A DNA stretch of 64,000 nucleotides from an uncultured Gemmatimonadales bacterium (GCA_963728705.1 CAVSLY010000011.1:101701-165700); one strand, 5' to 3'. Counted from the first letter of the stretch, positions 31,138-40,965 are shown. The notes: a model not told the origin generated them from the letters alone. Numbers and translations: made by a program.

Positions 31138-31850
31138 CGATCCACTCCCGATAGCGCGGCAGGAACGCCTCGAGCGGGCCGGCCTTTGGCTGGTCGCACA
31201 CCCATCGCCCCTCCACCATCACGGCGACCCGCGTGGCCAGCTCCCAGACCTCGGCCAGATGGTGGGTCACGAGCACCAGCCCGAGCCCATCGGCGCGGCG
31301 GGCCTCGAGCATCCCGCGCAGCCGGTCCGCCGAGCCGGCGTCGAGCGCGGTGAAGGGCTCGTCGAGCAGGAGCAGCCGCGGCGCATGCAGCAGGGCGCGG
31401 GCGATCGCGGCGCGCTGGAGCAGCCCGCGGCTCAGCCGCCGCGGCGACTCGTCCGCCCGCTCGGCTGAGTCCCGCCGCCTCGAGCGCCGTCCGGGCGGCG
31501 TCCGCCGGGCGCGCGAGGCCATAGAGGCGCGCGACGAAGATCAGGTTCTCCATCACCGTCAGGTCGTCGTACAGCAGGGATTGGTGCGACAGGAGGCCGA
31601 TCGCGCGACGGGCCTCGGTCGCGTTGCCGGTGAGCGGCCGGCCGAGCACGTGGACCTCGCCCGCGGTCGGGCGCATGAGGCCCGCCAGGATCCGGAGCAG
31701 CGTGCTCTTCCCCGCCCCGTTCGGCCCGGCGACGGCCAGGGCCTCGCCGGGAGACAGGGTCAGGTCGATGTCGTGAAGGACCCGAAGGCGGCCGAAGGAG
31801 CGACGGAGACCACGAGCGGCGAGAAGGGGCTCGCCGTCACGAGACGGCAT
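31130..31850 (-). pseudogene. ccmA: heme exporter ATP-binding protein, one apparent frameshift
   Basis: Walker A GPNGAGKST in ORF 31107..31850. Signature and Walker B (LSRGLLQRAAIARAL..LLLLDEPFTALD) in ORF 31130..31522. Switch near 31462. Confidence 0.8.
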
Positions 31851-32205
31851 CGATTCGCGCGCCGAGTTCGTCGAGGCGGAAGGGTTTGACGATGTAGCCG
31901 GAGTGGGGAAGATTCAGGACCTTGAGCTGGGGCTCGATGCTCATGTAGGCCGTCGTGATGATCACCGGCAGGTCGGGCTGACTCAGGCGGATGCGCCGGA
32001 GCAGCTCCACCCCGTCGGTGTCGGGAAGGCGCATGTCCAGCACCGCCACGTCGGGGCGCTGCAACTCGAGCTGCTCCATCGCCTCCGCGCCCGTGGAAGC
32101 AAACGCCAGGTCATATCTTGGCTGGAACGCCCGCTGGTAACTGAGTCGCAGCGCGGGCTCGTCCTCGACGATCAGGACGCGCCGGCGGCGCTTTGCCTCG
32201 GTCAT
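31837..32205 (-). CDS. single-domain response regulator (CheY-like receiver)
   Basis: VLIVEDE, phospho-acceptor DMRLPDTDG, TAY and KPF. No output domain. Overlaps the ccmA start by 14 nt. Confidence 0.85.
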   Translation of the reverse strand: MTEAKRRRRVLIVEDEPALRLSYQRAFQPRYDLAFASTGAEAMEQLELQRPDVAVLDMRLPDTDGVELLRRIRLSQPDLPVIITTAYMSIEPQLKVLNLPHSGYIVKPFRLDELGARIDAVS

Positions 32206-32298
32206 GCCACGTACCCCGCGACCCGGTGCCGACCGCTGAATGGGATGGGGAGCCAGCGGCGTACACTAACCTGTTCCGAGGGGCGCGTCCATAGCACA

Positions 32299-32324
32299 AG
32301 CGCCCCGTAACGCGACGGGGCGCT
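32299..32324 (-). other. perfect 10-bp stem-loop between the STAS and receiver genes
   Basis: AGCGCCCCGT-n6-ACGGGGCGCT, 4 nt after the STAS stop codon. No U-tract follows. Confidence 0.4.
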
Positions 32325-32327
32325 CGC

Positions 32328-32642
32328 TCAGTCGTAGGTCGTATCCACGGTGAAGAGGTCGTACAGCTTGGTGATCGTGAGGAGGAAGCGGATCTCCTCG
32401 CTCGGATTGCGGAGCACCACCGGCTGTCGCCGCTCGGCGGCCAGGCGCTGGATCAGCATCAGCGCGCCCAGTCCCGCGGAATCGACTTTCCGTGTGTGGG
32501 TCAGGTCGATGACCAGCCGGCCGGAGCCTTCGGGCATCGCCTCGAGCAGCTGCTCCGCCGCCTGGCGGATCGCGACACGTGTCTCCAGACCGAGCGTCTC
32601 CGGCGCGGCCAGGCCACGTTCCAACTCCTGCGGGGTCCTCAT
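32328..32642 (-). CDS. STAS-domain protein (anti-sigma-factor-antagonist-like)
   Basis: 104 aa. LVIDLTHTRKVDSAGLGALMLI carries the conserved phosphorylatable DSAGLG motif. Confidence 0.75.
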   Translation of the reverse strand: MRTPQELERGLAAPETLGLETRVAIRQAAEQLLEAMPEGSGRLVIDLTHTRKVDSAGLGALMLIQRLAAERRQPVVLRNPSEEIRFLLTITKLYDLFTVDTTYD

Positions 32643-32783
32643 CCATCCTCCTTCGGCACCGAGCTATCTCACCACCAGCAGGTGAGACCTCTAGTTTTGC
32701 GGCCCCGGATCGCTCCGGGTGTGCTCTATCGAGAGAATCGACGCCTCGCCGCAGGCTACGTTGCGGCTGCGCCCTCGAGAAAG

Positions 32784-32807
32784 GCGAGTCTGGTGCCAAT
32801 GGCACCA
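32784..32807 (-). promoter_or_regulatory. 17-bp perfect palindrome overlapping a sigma54-like -24/-12 motif
   Basis: TGGTGCCA-A-TGGCACCA (32791..32807). On the minus strand this reads TGGCAC-cagac-TCGC (32798..32784), about 140 nt upstream of the STAS ATG. Confidence 0.3.
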
Positions 32808-32923
32808 AGCCAATGTCAGTTGGTCACTTACAGATGGGGCCCAGGACCTGGGTGCGACCGCTTGCGTCGCAGACCGCGAGATTCTACTGCAAAAGCGGCG
32901 AAGTGGTAAGAGCGGCGCGGACG

Positions 32924-34854
32924 CTACACCTGAATCTGTGCGCCCAGCTCGAGCACCCGGTTGGGTGGCAGGTTGAAGAAGGCGGTGGCGGACTGGGCGT
33001 TCCGCGCCATGACGATGAACAGCAGCTTGCGCCAGCCGGCGAGCTTGGCCGGACCGCCAGGGCAGGAGGGTCTCCCGGCCCAGGTAGAAGCTGGTCTCGC
33101 CAGGCCGCGCGCGAAGGCCCTGCTGCTCGATGGAGGCGAGCAGCGCCGGTACATCCGGGGTCTCCATGAAGCCGTAGCGACCCACGACTTTGAAGAACCC
33201 GTCTCCCAGGACCTCCACCGTGACCCGCTCGTCCGCCGAGACCTGCGGGATCTCCTCCCCCTCGATCGACATGATGACCACGGTTTGGTGCAGGACCTTG
33301 TTGTGCTTGAGGTGGTGCAGAAGCACGACCGGGACCCCGGTGGGGTTCGAGGTCATGAACACTGCCGTCCCCGGCACGCGAGGCGGCTGGCGGCGCGCGA
33401 TGTCGCTCAGGAACAGGTCCATCGGCAGCGAACTGTCGCTGAGAATGGTGGCGACGATCTGCCGGCCGCGTTTCCAGGTGGTCATCACCAGGTAGACGCC
33501 GAGCGCGACCACGATCGGGAACCACCCGCCCGTTTCGATCTTGACGATGTTGGCACCGAGGAACGCGAGGTCGACGGTCAGAAACAGGGCGCCGACGGCC
33601 AGGATGCGCCACCGCGGCCAGTGCCACCGGTCGCGCGCCACGACGCAGAACAGGATCGTCGTAATCGTCATGGTACCGGTGACCGCGATGCCGTACGCGG
33701 ACGCCAGGTTCCCCGTCGAGCGGAAGGTGAGCACCAGCAGGACGCACGCGACGCCCAGCAGCCGATTGACCCCCGGCAGGTAGATCTGGCCGATCTCGGT
33801 CCGGGAGGTGTGGCGGATCGTCACCCGGGGACAGTACCCCAGCTGCACCGCCTGCCGCGTCAGGGAGAAGGCCCCCGAGATCAGGGCTTGCGACGCCACC
33901 ACCGCGGCTGCCGTGGCGATGAGCGACCATGGGATACAGGGCCCAGCCCGGCACGAGCGAGTAGAACGGATTCACGGCCGCCGACGGTCGATCGAGCAGG
34001 AGGGCGCCCTGGCCGAAGTAGTTGAGAACCAGCGCCGGCAACACCACGGCGAACCAGGCGAGCCGGATCGGGCGCTTGCCGAAATGGCCCATATCGGCGT
34101 ACAGAGCCTCGCCGCCGGTCACGACCAGCACGACCGCGCCCAGGATGAGAAAGCCCCGCAGGCCATCGCGGAGGAAGAAATCGATCGCATGCCACGGATT
34201 GACGGCGGCCAGCACCTCCGGATGGCGCAGAATTCCGTTCACGCCCAGTACGGCGATCGACGCGAACCAGACCACCATGATCCGCCCGAACACCGCGCCC
34301 ACCCTGGCGGTGCCATGCCGCTGGAACATGAACAGCGCCACCAGAATGACACTGGACACGATCGGCACTACCCACGGCGGCATCTGCGGCGTCGCGACGC
34401 GGATGCCCTCGACCGCGCCGAGGACCGAGATCGCCGGGGTGATGACCCCGTCGCCGTAGAGCAGTGCCGCGCCGAACAGGCCGATGCCCGTCAGCAACGG
34501 GAGCACCCCGCCGCGCCGGCGGCGCGGCCGCAGCAGCGCCAGCAGGGCCATGATGCCGCCCTCGCCCCGGTTATCGGCCGCCATGATGAAGGTGAGGTAC
34601 TTGAGCGACACGACGAAGTTGAGCGACCAGAAGATGAGCGACAGCACTCCCAGCACGTTGGACGCGGTGGGCGCGAGGCCGTATTCCGGCGCGAAGCACT
34701 CCTTGAGCGCGTAGAGGGGGCTGGTGCCGATGTCGCCGTAGACCACGCCCAGCGCGCCGAGGGCCGTGGCCGCAAGGGCGCGGCGGCCGCCCGCGGTCCC
34801 ATGCGCCGGAGCCTCTGGCGCCACGGCGGCACCGGAATCCGGGACCGCTGTCAT
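32924..34854 (-). pseudogene. kup: KUP-family potassium transporter, paralog 1, two apparent frameshifts
   Basis: [27 protein letters not shown] (ORF 32884..34854), then [17 protein letters not shown].. (ORF 32691..33902), then the tail [35 protein letters not shown] (ORF 32924..33154). Switches near 33925 and 33120. Confidence 0.85.
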
Positions 34855-34857
34855 CAG

Positions 34858-36792
34858 CTAGAACTGAATCTGGGCGCCCAGCTCCACGACCCGGTTCGGG
34901 GGCAGGTTGAAGAACGCGGTAGCCGACTGCGCGTTCCTGGTCATCACAATGAATAGCTTCTTGCGCCAGCGCGCCATCCGGCCGACGGTGCTGGCGGCCA
35001 CGTGCGCCCGGCGCCGGCTGTCGATCGCAATCAGCGTCTCGCGCCCCAGATAGAAGGTGGTACTGGTGAGGGCCACCGCGACCGGCGTGCCGTCGCTGCC
35101 TGTCTGGCCGAGCGCCCGGAGGATCGCGGGCACGTCCGGCGTCTCCATGAAGCCGTAGTGGGCCACCACCTGGTAGAAGCCCTCGCCCAGCTCCTGGCAC
35201 CGGACCCGGTCGGCCTCGTCCACCTGAGGAATCTCCTCGGTGAGGATCGACATCAGCATCACCTTCTCGTGCAGCACCTGGTTGTGCTTCAGGTGATGGA
35301 GCAACACCGGTGGCGCCCCCGTCGTATCCGACGTGAGGAAGACCGCCGCCCCGCGCACGCGGTGCGGCTGCCGTCGCCGGATGTCCTCCAGGAACAGGTC
35401 CATCGGCAAGGTGTTCTCGCGCACCAGCGCGGCGAGCCGGACCCGGCCCTTCTTCCAGGTGGACATCAGGACGAACACCAGTCCGGCCACCACCAGCGGG
35501 AACCAGCCGCCGTGCGGGATCTTGAGCAGGTTGGAGCCGACGAAGGCCAGGTCCACCGCCAGGAAGAGCGCCGTCACTCCCCCCACCTTCCAGTAACTCC
35601 AGTGCCACCGATTCCGCGCTACGACCGCGAACAGGATGCTCGTCATCGTCATGGTGCCGGACAAGGCCACGCCGTACGTGCCGGCGAGCCGGTCCGCGGA
35701 GCCGAACGTGACGACCAGCCCCAGACATGCCACCATCAGCAGATTGTTGACCGCGGGAACGTAGATCTGGCCGATCTCGGTCTTCGAGGTATGCACGATG
35801 TTGACCCGCGGACAGTAGCCGAGCTGGACGGCCTGCCGGGTCAGGGAGAACGCGCCAGAGATGAGGGCCTGGGAGGCCACGACCGCGGCCGCGGTGGCCA
35901 GCCCGACCATCGGATACAGTCCCCAGGCCGGCACGAGCGAGTAGAACGGGTTCCGCGCCGCCGAAGGATCGGCCAGCAGCAGCGCCCCCTGGCCGAAGTA
36001 GTTGAGCACCAGCGCGGGCAGCACCACCACGAACCACGCGACCCGGATCGGGCGCCGGCCGAAATGACCCATGTCCGCGTACAGCGCCTCGCCGCCGGTG
36101 ACGACCAGGATGATGGCCGCCAGCACCGTGAAGCCGGCCACTCCCTCCCGAAGAAAGAAGTCCACCGCGTGCCAGGGATTGAGCGCCCTGAGCACCGACG
36201 GCTGGCGGGCGATTCCCGAGATGCCCAGGGCCGCGAGGCTGAAGAACCAGGCCAGGGTGACGGGGCCGAAGACCGCACCCACGCCGGCCGTTCCGCGCCG
36301 CTGGAAAAAGAACAACCCGAGAATGATGACGAACGCGATGGGGACGACGAGGTGCTGGAGCGCCGGCGTGGCGATGCTGAGACCTTCGACCGCGCTGAGC
36401 ACCGAGATCGCGGGGGTGATGATCCCATCCCCGTAGAGCAGCGCCGAGCCGAACAGGCCCGCGGCCACCAGCACGCGTCCGAGGCCCCGGGGCGTTCCGC
36501 GCGGCCGCGCGAGCGCGAGCAGCGCCAGGATGCCGCCCTCGCCGCGGTTGTCCGCCCGCATGACCATCGTGAGGTACTTGAAGGTGACGACGAAGTTGAG
36601 CGCCCAGAAGATGAGGGACAGGATGCCCAGCACGTTCGGCTCGTCCACCGGGAAGCCCTGCGGACCCCAGAAGCACTCCTTCAGCGCGTAGAGCGGGCTG
36701 GTGCCGATGTCACCGTAGACCACTCCCAGCGCGCCGAGGGAGAGCGTCGCCAGGGCCCGGCCGTTTGGCGGCGCCTTTGCCGGATCGGACAC
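34858..36792 (-). CDS. kup: KUP-family potassium transporter, paralog 2 (intact)
   Basis: Intact 644-aa ORF, collinear with paralog 1 and sharing the same motifs. Only 3 nt separate the two genes. Confidence 0.9.
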   Translation of the reverse strand: MSDPAKAPPNGRALATLSLGALGVVYGDIGTSPLYALKECFWGPQGFPVDEPNVLGILSLIFWALNFVVTFKYLTMVMRADNRGEGGILALLALARPRGTPRGLGRVLVAAGLFGSALLYGDGIITPAISVLSAVEGLSIATPALQHLVVPIAFVIILGLFFFQRRGTAGVGAVFGPVTLAWFFSLAALGISGIARQPSVLRALNPWHAVDFFLREGVAGFTVLAAIILVVTGGEALYADMGHFGRRPIRVAWFVVVLPALVLNYFGQGALLLADPSAARNPFYSLVPAWGLYPMVGLATAAAVVASQALISGAFSLTRQAVQLGYCPRVNIVHTSKTEIGQIYVPAVNNLLMVACLGLVVTFGSADRLAGTYGVALSGTMTMTSILFAVVARNRWHWSYWKVGGVTALFLAVDLAFVGSNLLKIPHGGWFPLVVAGLVFVLMSTWKKGRVRLAALVRENTLPMDLFLEDIRRRQPHRVRGAAVFLTSDTTGAPPVLLHHLKHNQVLHEKVMLMSILTEEIPQVDEADRVRCQELGEGFYQVVAHYGFMETPDVPAILRALGQTGSDGTPVAVALTSTTFYLGRETLIAIDSRRRAHVAASTVGRMARWRKKLFIVMTRNAQSATAFFNLPPNRVVELGAQIQF

Positions 36793-36793
36793 C

Positions 36794-37228
36794 TCAGCCG
36801 GCCCGCGGCTCCGGCGCCTGTCGCAGTGCCAGGAGGGCCAGAATCAAAATCGACAGGATGATGGCAGCCGAGCCGACGCACCAGCGGCAGATGGCGTGGA
36901 TGACGAACAGCTCGAGGTAGGTGAGATAGAGCGTGAACAGGACCCCGCCGCCGGCAAGCCCCGCGAGGAGCGAGGCCGGCCACCGCTCCCGGGCGAGGGT
37001 GGGCCGGAGCGCGATCAGTCCAACCCCGAACAACAGCGCGTAGCCCACGAGGCCGATGAGGGCGACCTCGACACCCAGGAACCGGCTCCACTCGCTGGTC
37101 TGGACGGTCTCACATCCGCCAGTGCCGCAGGCGAGCGTTCCGATCCGGCCGATCTTGTAGAGGTAGAGATATGCCGACACGAACACGCCCACGAGACTCA
37201 TGAGCGCCGCGCCCATGCGGTAGATCAT
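36794..37228 (-). CDS. vitamin K epoxide reductase (VKOR) family protein
   Basis: 144 aa with 4 TM segments. Loop cysteines CGTGGC and active-site CRWC. Confidence 0.75.
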   Translation of the reverse strand: MIYRMGAALMSLVGVFVSAYLYLYKIGRIGTLACGTGGCETVQTSEWSRFLGVEVALIGLVGYALLFGVGLIALRPTLARERWPASLLAGLAGGGVLFTLYLTYLELFVIHAICRWCVGSAAIILSILILALLALRQAPEPRAG

Positions 37229-37893
37229 CGCGCGCTAGCGGCGCGCGGCGCGAGGGAATCGACCAGCCGGGTGATGGCGTCGGAGTCGAAGCGGCCCTGG
37301 TATAACCGGCCGCCCACGAGCAGAGTCGGCGTCGAGGTCACGCCCGACCGGGCGCCCTCCTCGTAGCTCGCCTGGATGCGCCCGGCGTACTTGCCGGAGG
37401 ACATGCAGGCGTCGTACTTCGCGAGGTCGAGTCCCACCTCGCCGGCGTAGCGCCGGAAGATGTCGGCGCCGTCCCGCGACTCGGCCCACTCGGACTGCCC
37501 TTCGTAGATCCGCTCGTGCTGGGGCCAGAACTTGCCCTGCTCGTCGGCGCACGCCGCGGAATGGGCGGCGACCCGGGAGTACGGGTGCTGCTGGAGCGGA
37601 AAGTCGCGGTAGCGCCAGCGGAGCCGGCCCGTCTTGATCAGCCGCTCCTCGATCGTCGGCATCTGCAGGGTCGCGAACGTCTGGCAGAACGGACACTGAT
37701 AGTCCGCGTATTCGGTGATCTCCACCGACGCGCTGTCGGACCCCTTCACGTAGCCCCGGAAGCCCGCGGTGTCGGACGGCTGGATCGTCACGTTCGCCGG
37801 GATGCTGACGGTGGCCGGCCTGGAGAGCTGGTACCCGAGCAGGCCGATGCCGACGACCGCCACCGCTCCCAGAATCGTGTAGAAGCGGGTCAT
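37225..37893 (-). CDS. DsbA-family thiol:disulfide oxidoreductase
   Basis: CPFC active site (EYADYQCPFCQ). N-terminal membrane anchor. ATG 37893 forms an ATGA overlap with the upstream stop; the alternative start is 37914. 4-nt overlap with VKOR. Confidence 0.8.
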   Translation of the reverse strand: MTRFYTILGAVAVVGIGLLGYQLSRPATVSIPANVTIQPSDTAGFRGYVKGSDSASVEITEYADYQCPFCQTFATLQMPTIEERLIKTGRLRWRYRDFPLQQHPYSRVAAHSAACADEQGKFWPQHERIYEGQSEWAESRDGADIFRRYAGEVGLDLAKYDACMSSGKYAGRIQASYEEGARSGVTSTPTLLVGGRLYQGRFDSDAITRLVDSLAPRAASAR

Positions 37894-38201
37894 TCCGTTG
37901 GGCGATGCCGCCATGGTTCCTCGTCCTCCGGTTCATCCGGGTGAAACTGATCCTTCCGCTGGGCCTCGTCCACGATCCGCCGGCTCTCGGCGATCTCGGG
38001 GGTGTCGTAGGTGACGCGGACCTCGTAGTGGAACATCTCGCTCCGGGCGTCACCCATCAGCCGGAGGAGCTCGGGAACTCCGCCGAGCAGCTGGCGGTTT
38101 TTGTCCAGCTCCCGGATGCGCTCCGCCAGGGCGCGCAGCATCTCCGCGAGCCGCTCGGCCCGCGCGTCGTCGTACACTTCATCATGCTCTGGCATGGCCA
38201 C
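37890..38201 (-). CDS. hypothetical acidic protein (103 aa)
   Basis: Intact ORF, first gene of the dsbA-VKOR-kup-kup string. No family recognised. Confidence 0.4.
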   Translation of the reverse strand: MAMPEHDEVYDDARAERLAEMLRALAERIRELDKNRQLLGGVPELLRLMGDARSEMFHYEVRVTYDTPEIAESRRIVDEAQRKDQFHPDEPEDEEPWRHRPTE

Positions 38202-38292
38202 CTCGAGGGGCGGCGGCTCCCTCGGTCAAGTTCATGTAAATGCTGTCGATAAACATAATCACGCGGGCCGTCGCCAGGAAAAACCGGAGGGT

Positions 38293-38310
38293 TTGCACCA
38301 AAAGGTGCAA
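38293..38310. promoter_or_regulatory. inverted repeat in a divergent intergenic region
   Basis: TTGCACC-aaaa-GGTGCAA in the AT-richer 174-nt gap between genes starting at 38201 (-) and 38376 (+). Confidence 0.3.
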
Positions 38311-38375
38311 CCGGTTAGATTCCGGCGCGGCAAAGACCGCATCCTCAAGCCGGTTCGACGCCTAAAGGAAGGTGC

Positions 38376-38642
38376 ATGAACAAGAAGAAGACCCAGCGTG
38401 ACCCCGAAGCCGTATCGTTTGCCCAGGCCCGTGACGAGATGTTCAGTCACATCCTCCGCTGCGGCGTCATCGACGCGCTGCCGGAGCATCAGAAGGACTG
38501 GTTCGACGACACCATGCTCTACCTGGCAGATCGCTACGACGACCTCACGGAGGAGGAGTTGACCCAGCTTCGTCAGCTGGGCGAGCGATTCTCCCAGCCG
38601 GTTCAGCGGAAGGTGGAGACGGTCGAGACCGGCGCGGCGTAA
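38376..38642 (+). CDS. hypothetical protein (88 aa)
   Basis: Intact ORF preceded by AAGGAAGG. No family recognised. Confidence 0.4.
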   Translation: MNKKKTQRDPEAVSFAQARDEMFSHILRCGVIDALPEHQKDWFDDTMLYLADRYDDLTEEELTQLRQLGERFSQPVQRKVETVETGAA

Positions 38643-38704
38643 CCACGCCGGCTGGTCGGTCATGCTATCGCCTCGGTGCATTGCCTGCACCGGGGCGATT
38701 TGTC

Positions 38705-39202
38705 TCAGGATCCCTGCCATCCCGGTGGCCAGCGCCGCCAGCGCACCCCCGCCGCGAGCCGCGCGCCCCCACCGACACCGGCCTCGACGAACCAGCCCGA
38801 GCGCCCTCCCGGCCGAGCCTCGAGGCCGAGGGTCAGCACCAGATAGCCCTGGTCCACCGGCCCGCCCACGGCCGCGATCCCGCCCGCTCCGTAGACCCCA
38901 ACGCCCCGCCGCCGTGTGGGACTGAGAAGGAAGTGTGCGAGGACCTCGCCGCGCCAGGCGGCACGCCCATCGCTCACCCCGGCGCCGAGCCCGGCCGAGA
39001 TGCGCGTGCGCCGCGAAGTGCGGATGGCGCCATAGCCACCGGCCACCACGAGCGCCGGATCCGACGCGGTCGCTATCCCCATGACGCCGAGCTCGCTGAC
39101 CTGCTGCGCCGCCACCGGCGCTCCACCCGACCCGAGAGCCGCCGCGAGCAGCGCCACTAGGGCGCGCGCCGCGGGCGACCGCCTAGCCCAGCGAAAGGCC
39201 AT
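38705..39202 (-). CDS. hypothetical secreted glycine-rich protein (possible small beta-barrel)
   Basis: Signal-peptide-like N-terminus (ARALVALLAAALGSGGAPVAAQ). Gly/Ala-rich alternating pattern. Overlaps the OsmC gene end. Confidence 0.35.
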   Translation of the reverse strand: MAFRWARRSPAARALVALLAAALGSGGAPVAAQQVSELGVMGIATASDPALVVAGGYGAIRTSRRTRISAGLGAGVSDGRAAWRGEVLAHFLLSPTRRRGVGVYGAGGIAAVGGPVDQGYLVLTLGLEARPGGRSGWFVEAGVGGGARLAAGVRWRRWPPGWQGS

Positions 39203-39620
39203 GGGTGACCCGGATGTCCGGCGCGAGCGAATGGATCACCGAGCAGTACTTGGTGATCGACAGCTCGATGGCGCGTTGCGCCTTGGCCTCATCGAGCCCG
39301 TCGCCCTGGAGGTGATACTCCAGGTGCATCGCGGTGTAGCGCCGGGGCTCCGCCTCCCGCCGCGTGCCGCTTGCCTCGATCCGGAAGTCCGTGAGCGTCA
39401 CCCGCATCTTCTCCAGGATGACCACTACGTCGGAGGCGGTACACGCGGCGGCAGCCAGCAGCAGCGTGAGCATGGGTCCGGGCCCAGCGGCGTTGTCACC
39501 GTCGATCGTCGCCACCGGCCCGCCCGCCTCGCCGCCCTGGAAAACGAGCTTTCGCTGCCACGTGAGCGTCACCCGCTTGGCCTCGGCCGTCACCTCTTGG
39601 TCCCTCCGCCGACTTTCCAT
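39183..39620 (-). CDS. OsmC/Ohr-family peroxiredoxin-like protein
   Basis: ATG 39620. GPMLTLLLAAAACTASDVVVIL and ITKYCSVIHSL carry the two conserved Cys of the OsmC family. Confidence 0.7.
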   Translation of the reverse strand: MESRRRDQEVTAEAKRVTLTWQRKLVFQGGEAGGPVATIDGDNAAGPGPMLTLLLAAAACTASDVVVILEKMRVTLTDFRIEASGTRREAEPRRYTAMHLEYHLQGDGLDEAKAQRAIELSITKYCSVIHSLAPDIRVTHGLSLG

Positions 39621-40156
39621 TCGGCCGCCGGCGCCACGCGGTAGTAGTCCCAGATGGCGTACAGCGCGATCGCCGTCGTGGCCCAGGCGAGCGGGCGGAG
39701 ACGGGCGGAGTCGACCAGGAACGCCACCAGCGTCAGCACCTGGGCGACGGTGACCGCCTTCCCTCCCGCTCGCGCCGGAATCGCCCGGGGCCGGTGTGAG
39801 AAGTAGGTGACGGCGAACGCGATCGCCGCGACCAAGTCGCGCAGCAGCACGCCGAGGATCTCGTACCATTCGAGCCGGCCGCTCACGGCGACCACGCCGA
39901 ACGCGGAGGCCATGAACAGCTTATCGGCCACCGGGTCGATCACGGCGCCGAGGGCCGAGCTGCCGAACCGCCGCGCGAGCTGGCCGTCGAGCAGATCGCT
40001 CCCGGCCGCCGCGGCCAGGAGCGCCAGGCGCGCGTCATTGGAGACGAACGGAAAGGCGATCGCGAGGGGGATACGCACCGCGCTCAGCAGGTCGGCGGTG
40101 GTCCATCCATCGCGGCCTTGCTCCCCCTCCGGGCGCGGACTAGGTTCGGACGGCAT
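39590..40156 (-). CDS. CDP-alcohol phosphatidyltransferase family protein
   Basis: ATG 40156. 188 aa. DLLDGQLARRFGSSALGAVIDPVADK fits the D-G-x2-A-R-x8-G-x3-D-x3-D motif. Confidence 0.75.
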   Translation of the reverse strand: MPSEPSPRPEGEQGRDGWTTADLLSAVRIPLAIAFPFVSNDARLALLAAAAGSDLLDGQLARRFGSSALGAVIDPVADKLFMASAFGVVAVSGRLEWYEILGVLLRDLVAAIAFAVTYFSHRPRAIPARAGGKAVTVAQVLTLVAFLVDSARLRPLAWATTAIALYAIWDYYRVAPAAEWKVGGGTKR

Positions 40157-40174
40157 GGCGTGCAAGATACTCGC

Positions 40175-40948
40175 ATGACGCTGGATACCGCGGTCATCCC
40201 CTGTGGCGGTCGAGGCACGCGGCTTCACCCGATCACCCGCTGGCTGCCCAAGGAAATCCTCCCCGTGGGTCTCCGGCCAATCCTCTATTGGGCGCTGGAC
40301 GAAGCCGCCGACGCCGGGCTGCTCCGGGCGATCATCATCACCAACCCGCACAAGCCGCTGCTCGAGGCCGCCGCCCGCACCTACGAGGGGCCGCTCGAGC
40401 TCGAGTTCGTGCCGCAGGACCACCCGCGCGGGCTCGGCGACGCGCTGCTTCGCGCACGCGATCCTCTCGCCGGCTCGCCGTTCCTGGCGCTCCTGCCCGA
40501 CAACCTGTTCCAGGGCCCCAACCCGAGCGCGGGCGTGGCCGCCACGTTTCGCGCAACCGGGCACGCCACCGTGCTGCTCGCCGAGATCGCGCGCGAGGAC
40601 GCGGCCGCCAAGGGGCCGACCGGGCGCGCGTCCGTGCGCAGCATGCCGGACGGGACGCTCCGGGTGACGGATGTGGCGGACAAGGGGACGGGCCGCTTCG
40701 ATACCGCCGGCGAGGCGGTCGCGATGACGCCGATCGGGCGGATGGCGTTTCCGTGCGGCATCCTGGAGGAATTCGAAGAGGTCGGGCGGAGTCTGCCGGC
40801 GGGGGTGGAGCTCGACGACATTCCGGTGCTGCAGCGCCTCGCGCGGCGGGACGCGCTGGCCGGTGTGATCAGCCGGGCGAAGTTCTTCGACGTCGGCGTG
40901 CCCGAGGGCTATCGGGACGCGGTGTGCGCCTTCCCCCTCCGCGTCTGA
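40175..40948 (+). CDS. sugar-phosphate nucleotidyltransferase (GalU-like)
   Basis: ATG 40175. VIPCGGRGTRLHPITRWLPKEILPV matches the GxGTRxxPxTKxxPKE-type NTP-transferase motif. Confidence 0.65.
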   Translation: MTLDTAVIPCGGRGTRLHPITRWLPKEILPVGLRPILYWALDEAADAGLLRAIIITNPHKPLLEAAARTYEGPLELEFVPQDHPRGLGDALLRARDPLAGSPFLALLPDNLFQGPNPSAGVAATFRATGHATVLLAEIAREDAAAKGPTGRASVRSMPDGTLRVTDVADKGTGRFDTAGEAVAMTPIGRMAFPCGILEEFEEVGRSLPAGVELDDIPVLQRLARRDALAGVISRAKFFDVGVPEGYRDAVCAFPLRV

Positions 40949-40965
40949 CCGGCGGATCGGCCAGC

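Noticed and set aside
32791-32807. The 17-bp palindrome as the Rho-independent terminator of kup paralog 1.
   Set aside because: It lies 117 nt past the kup stop, has only a 1-nt loop and has no U-tract. A protein-binding or promoter role fits better, though that is also unproven.
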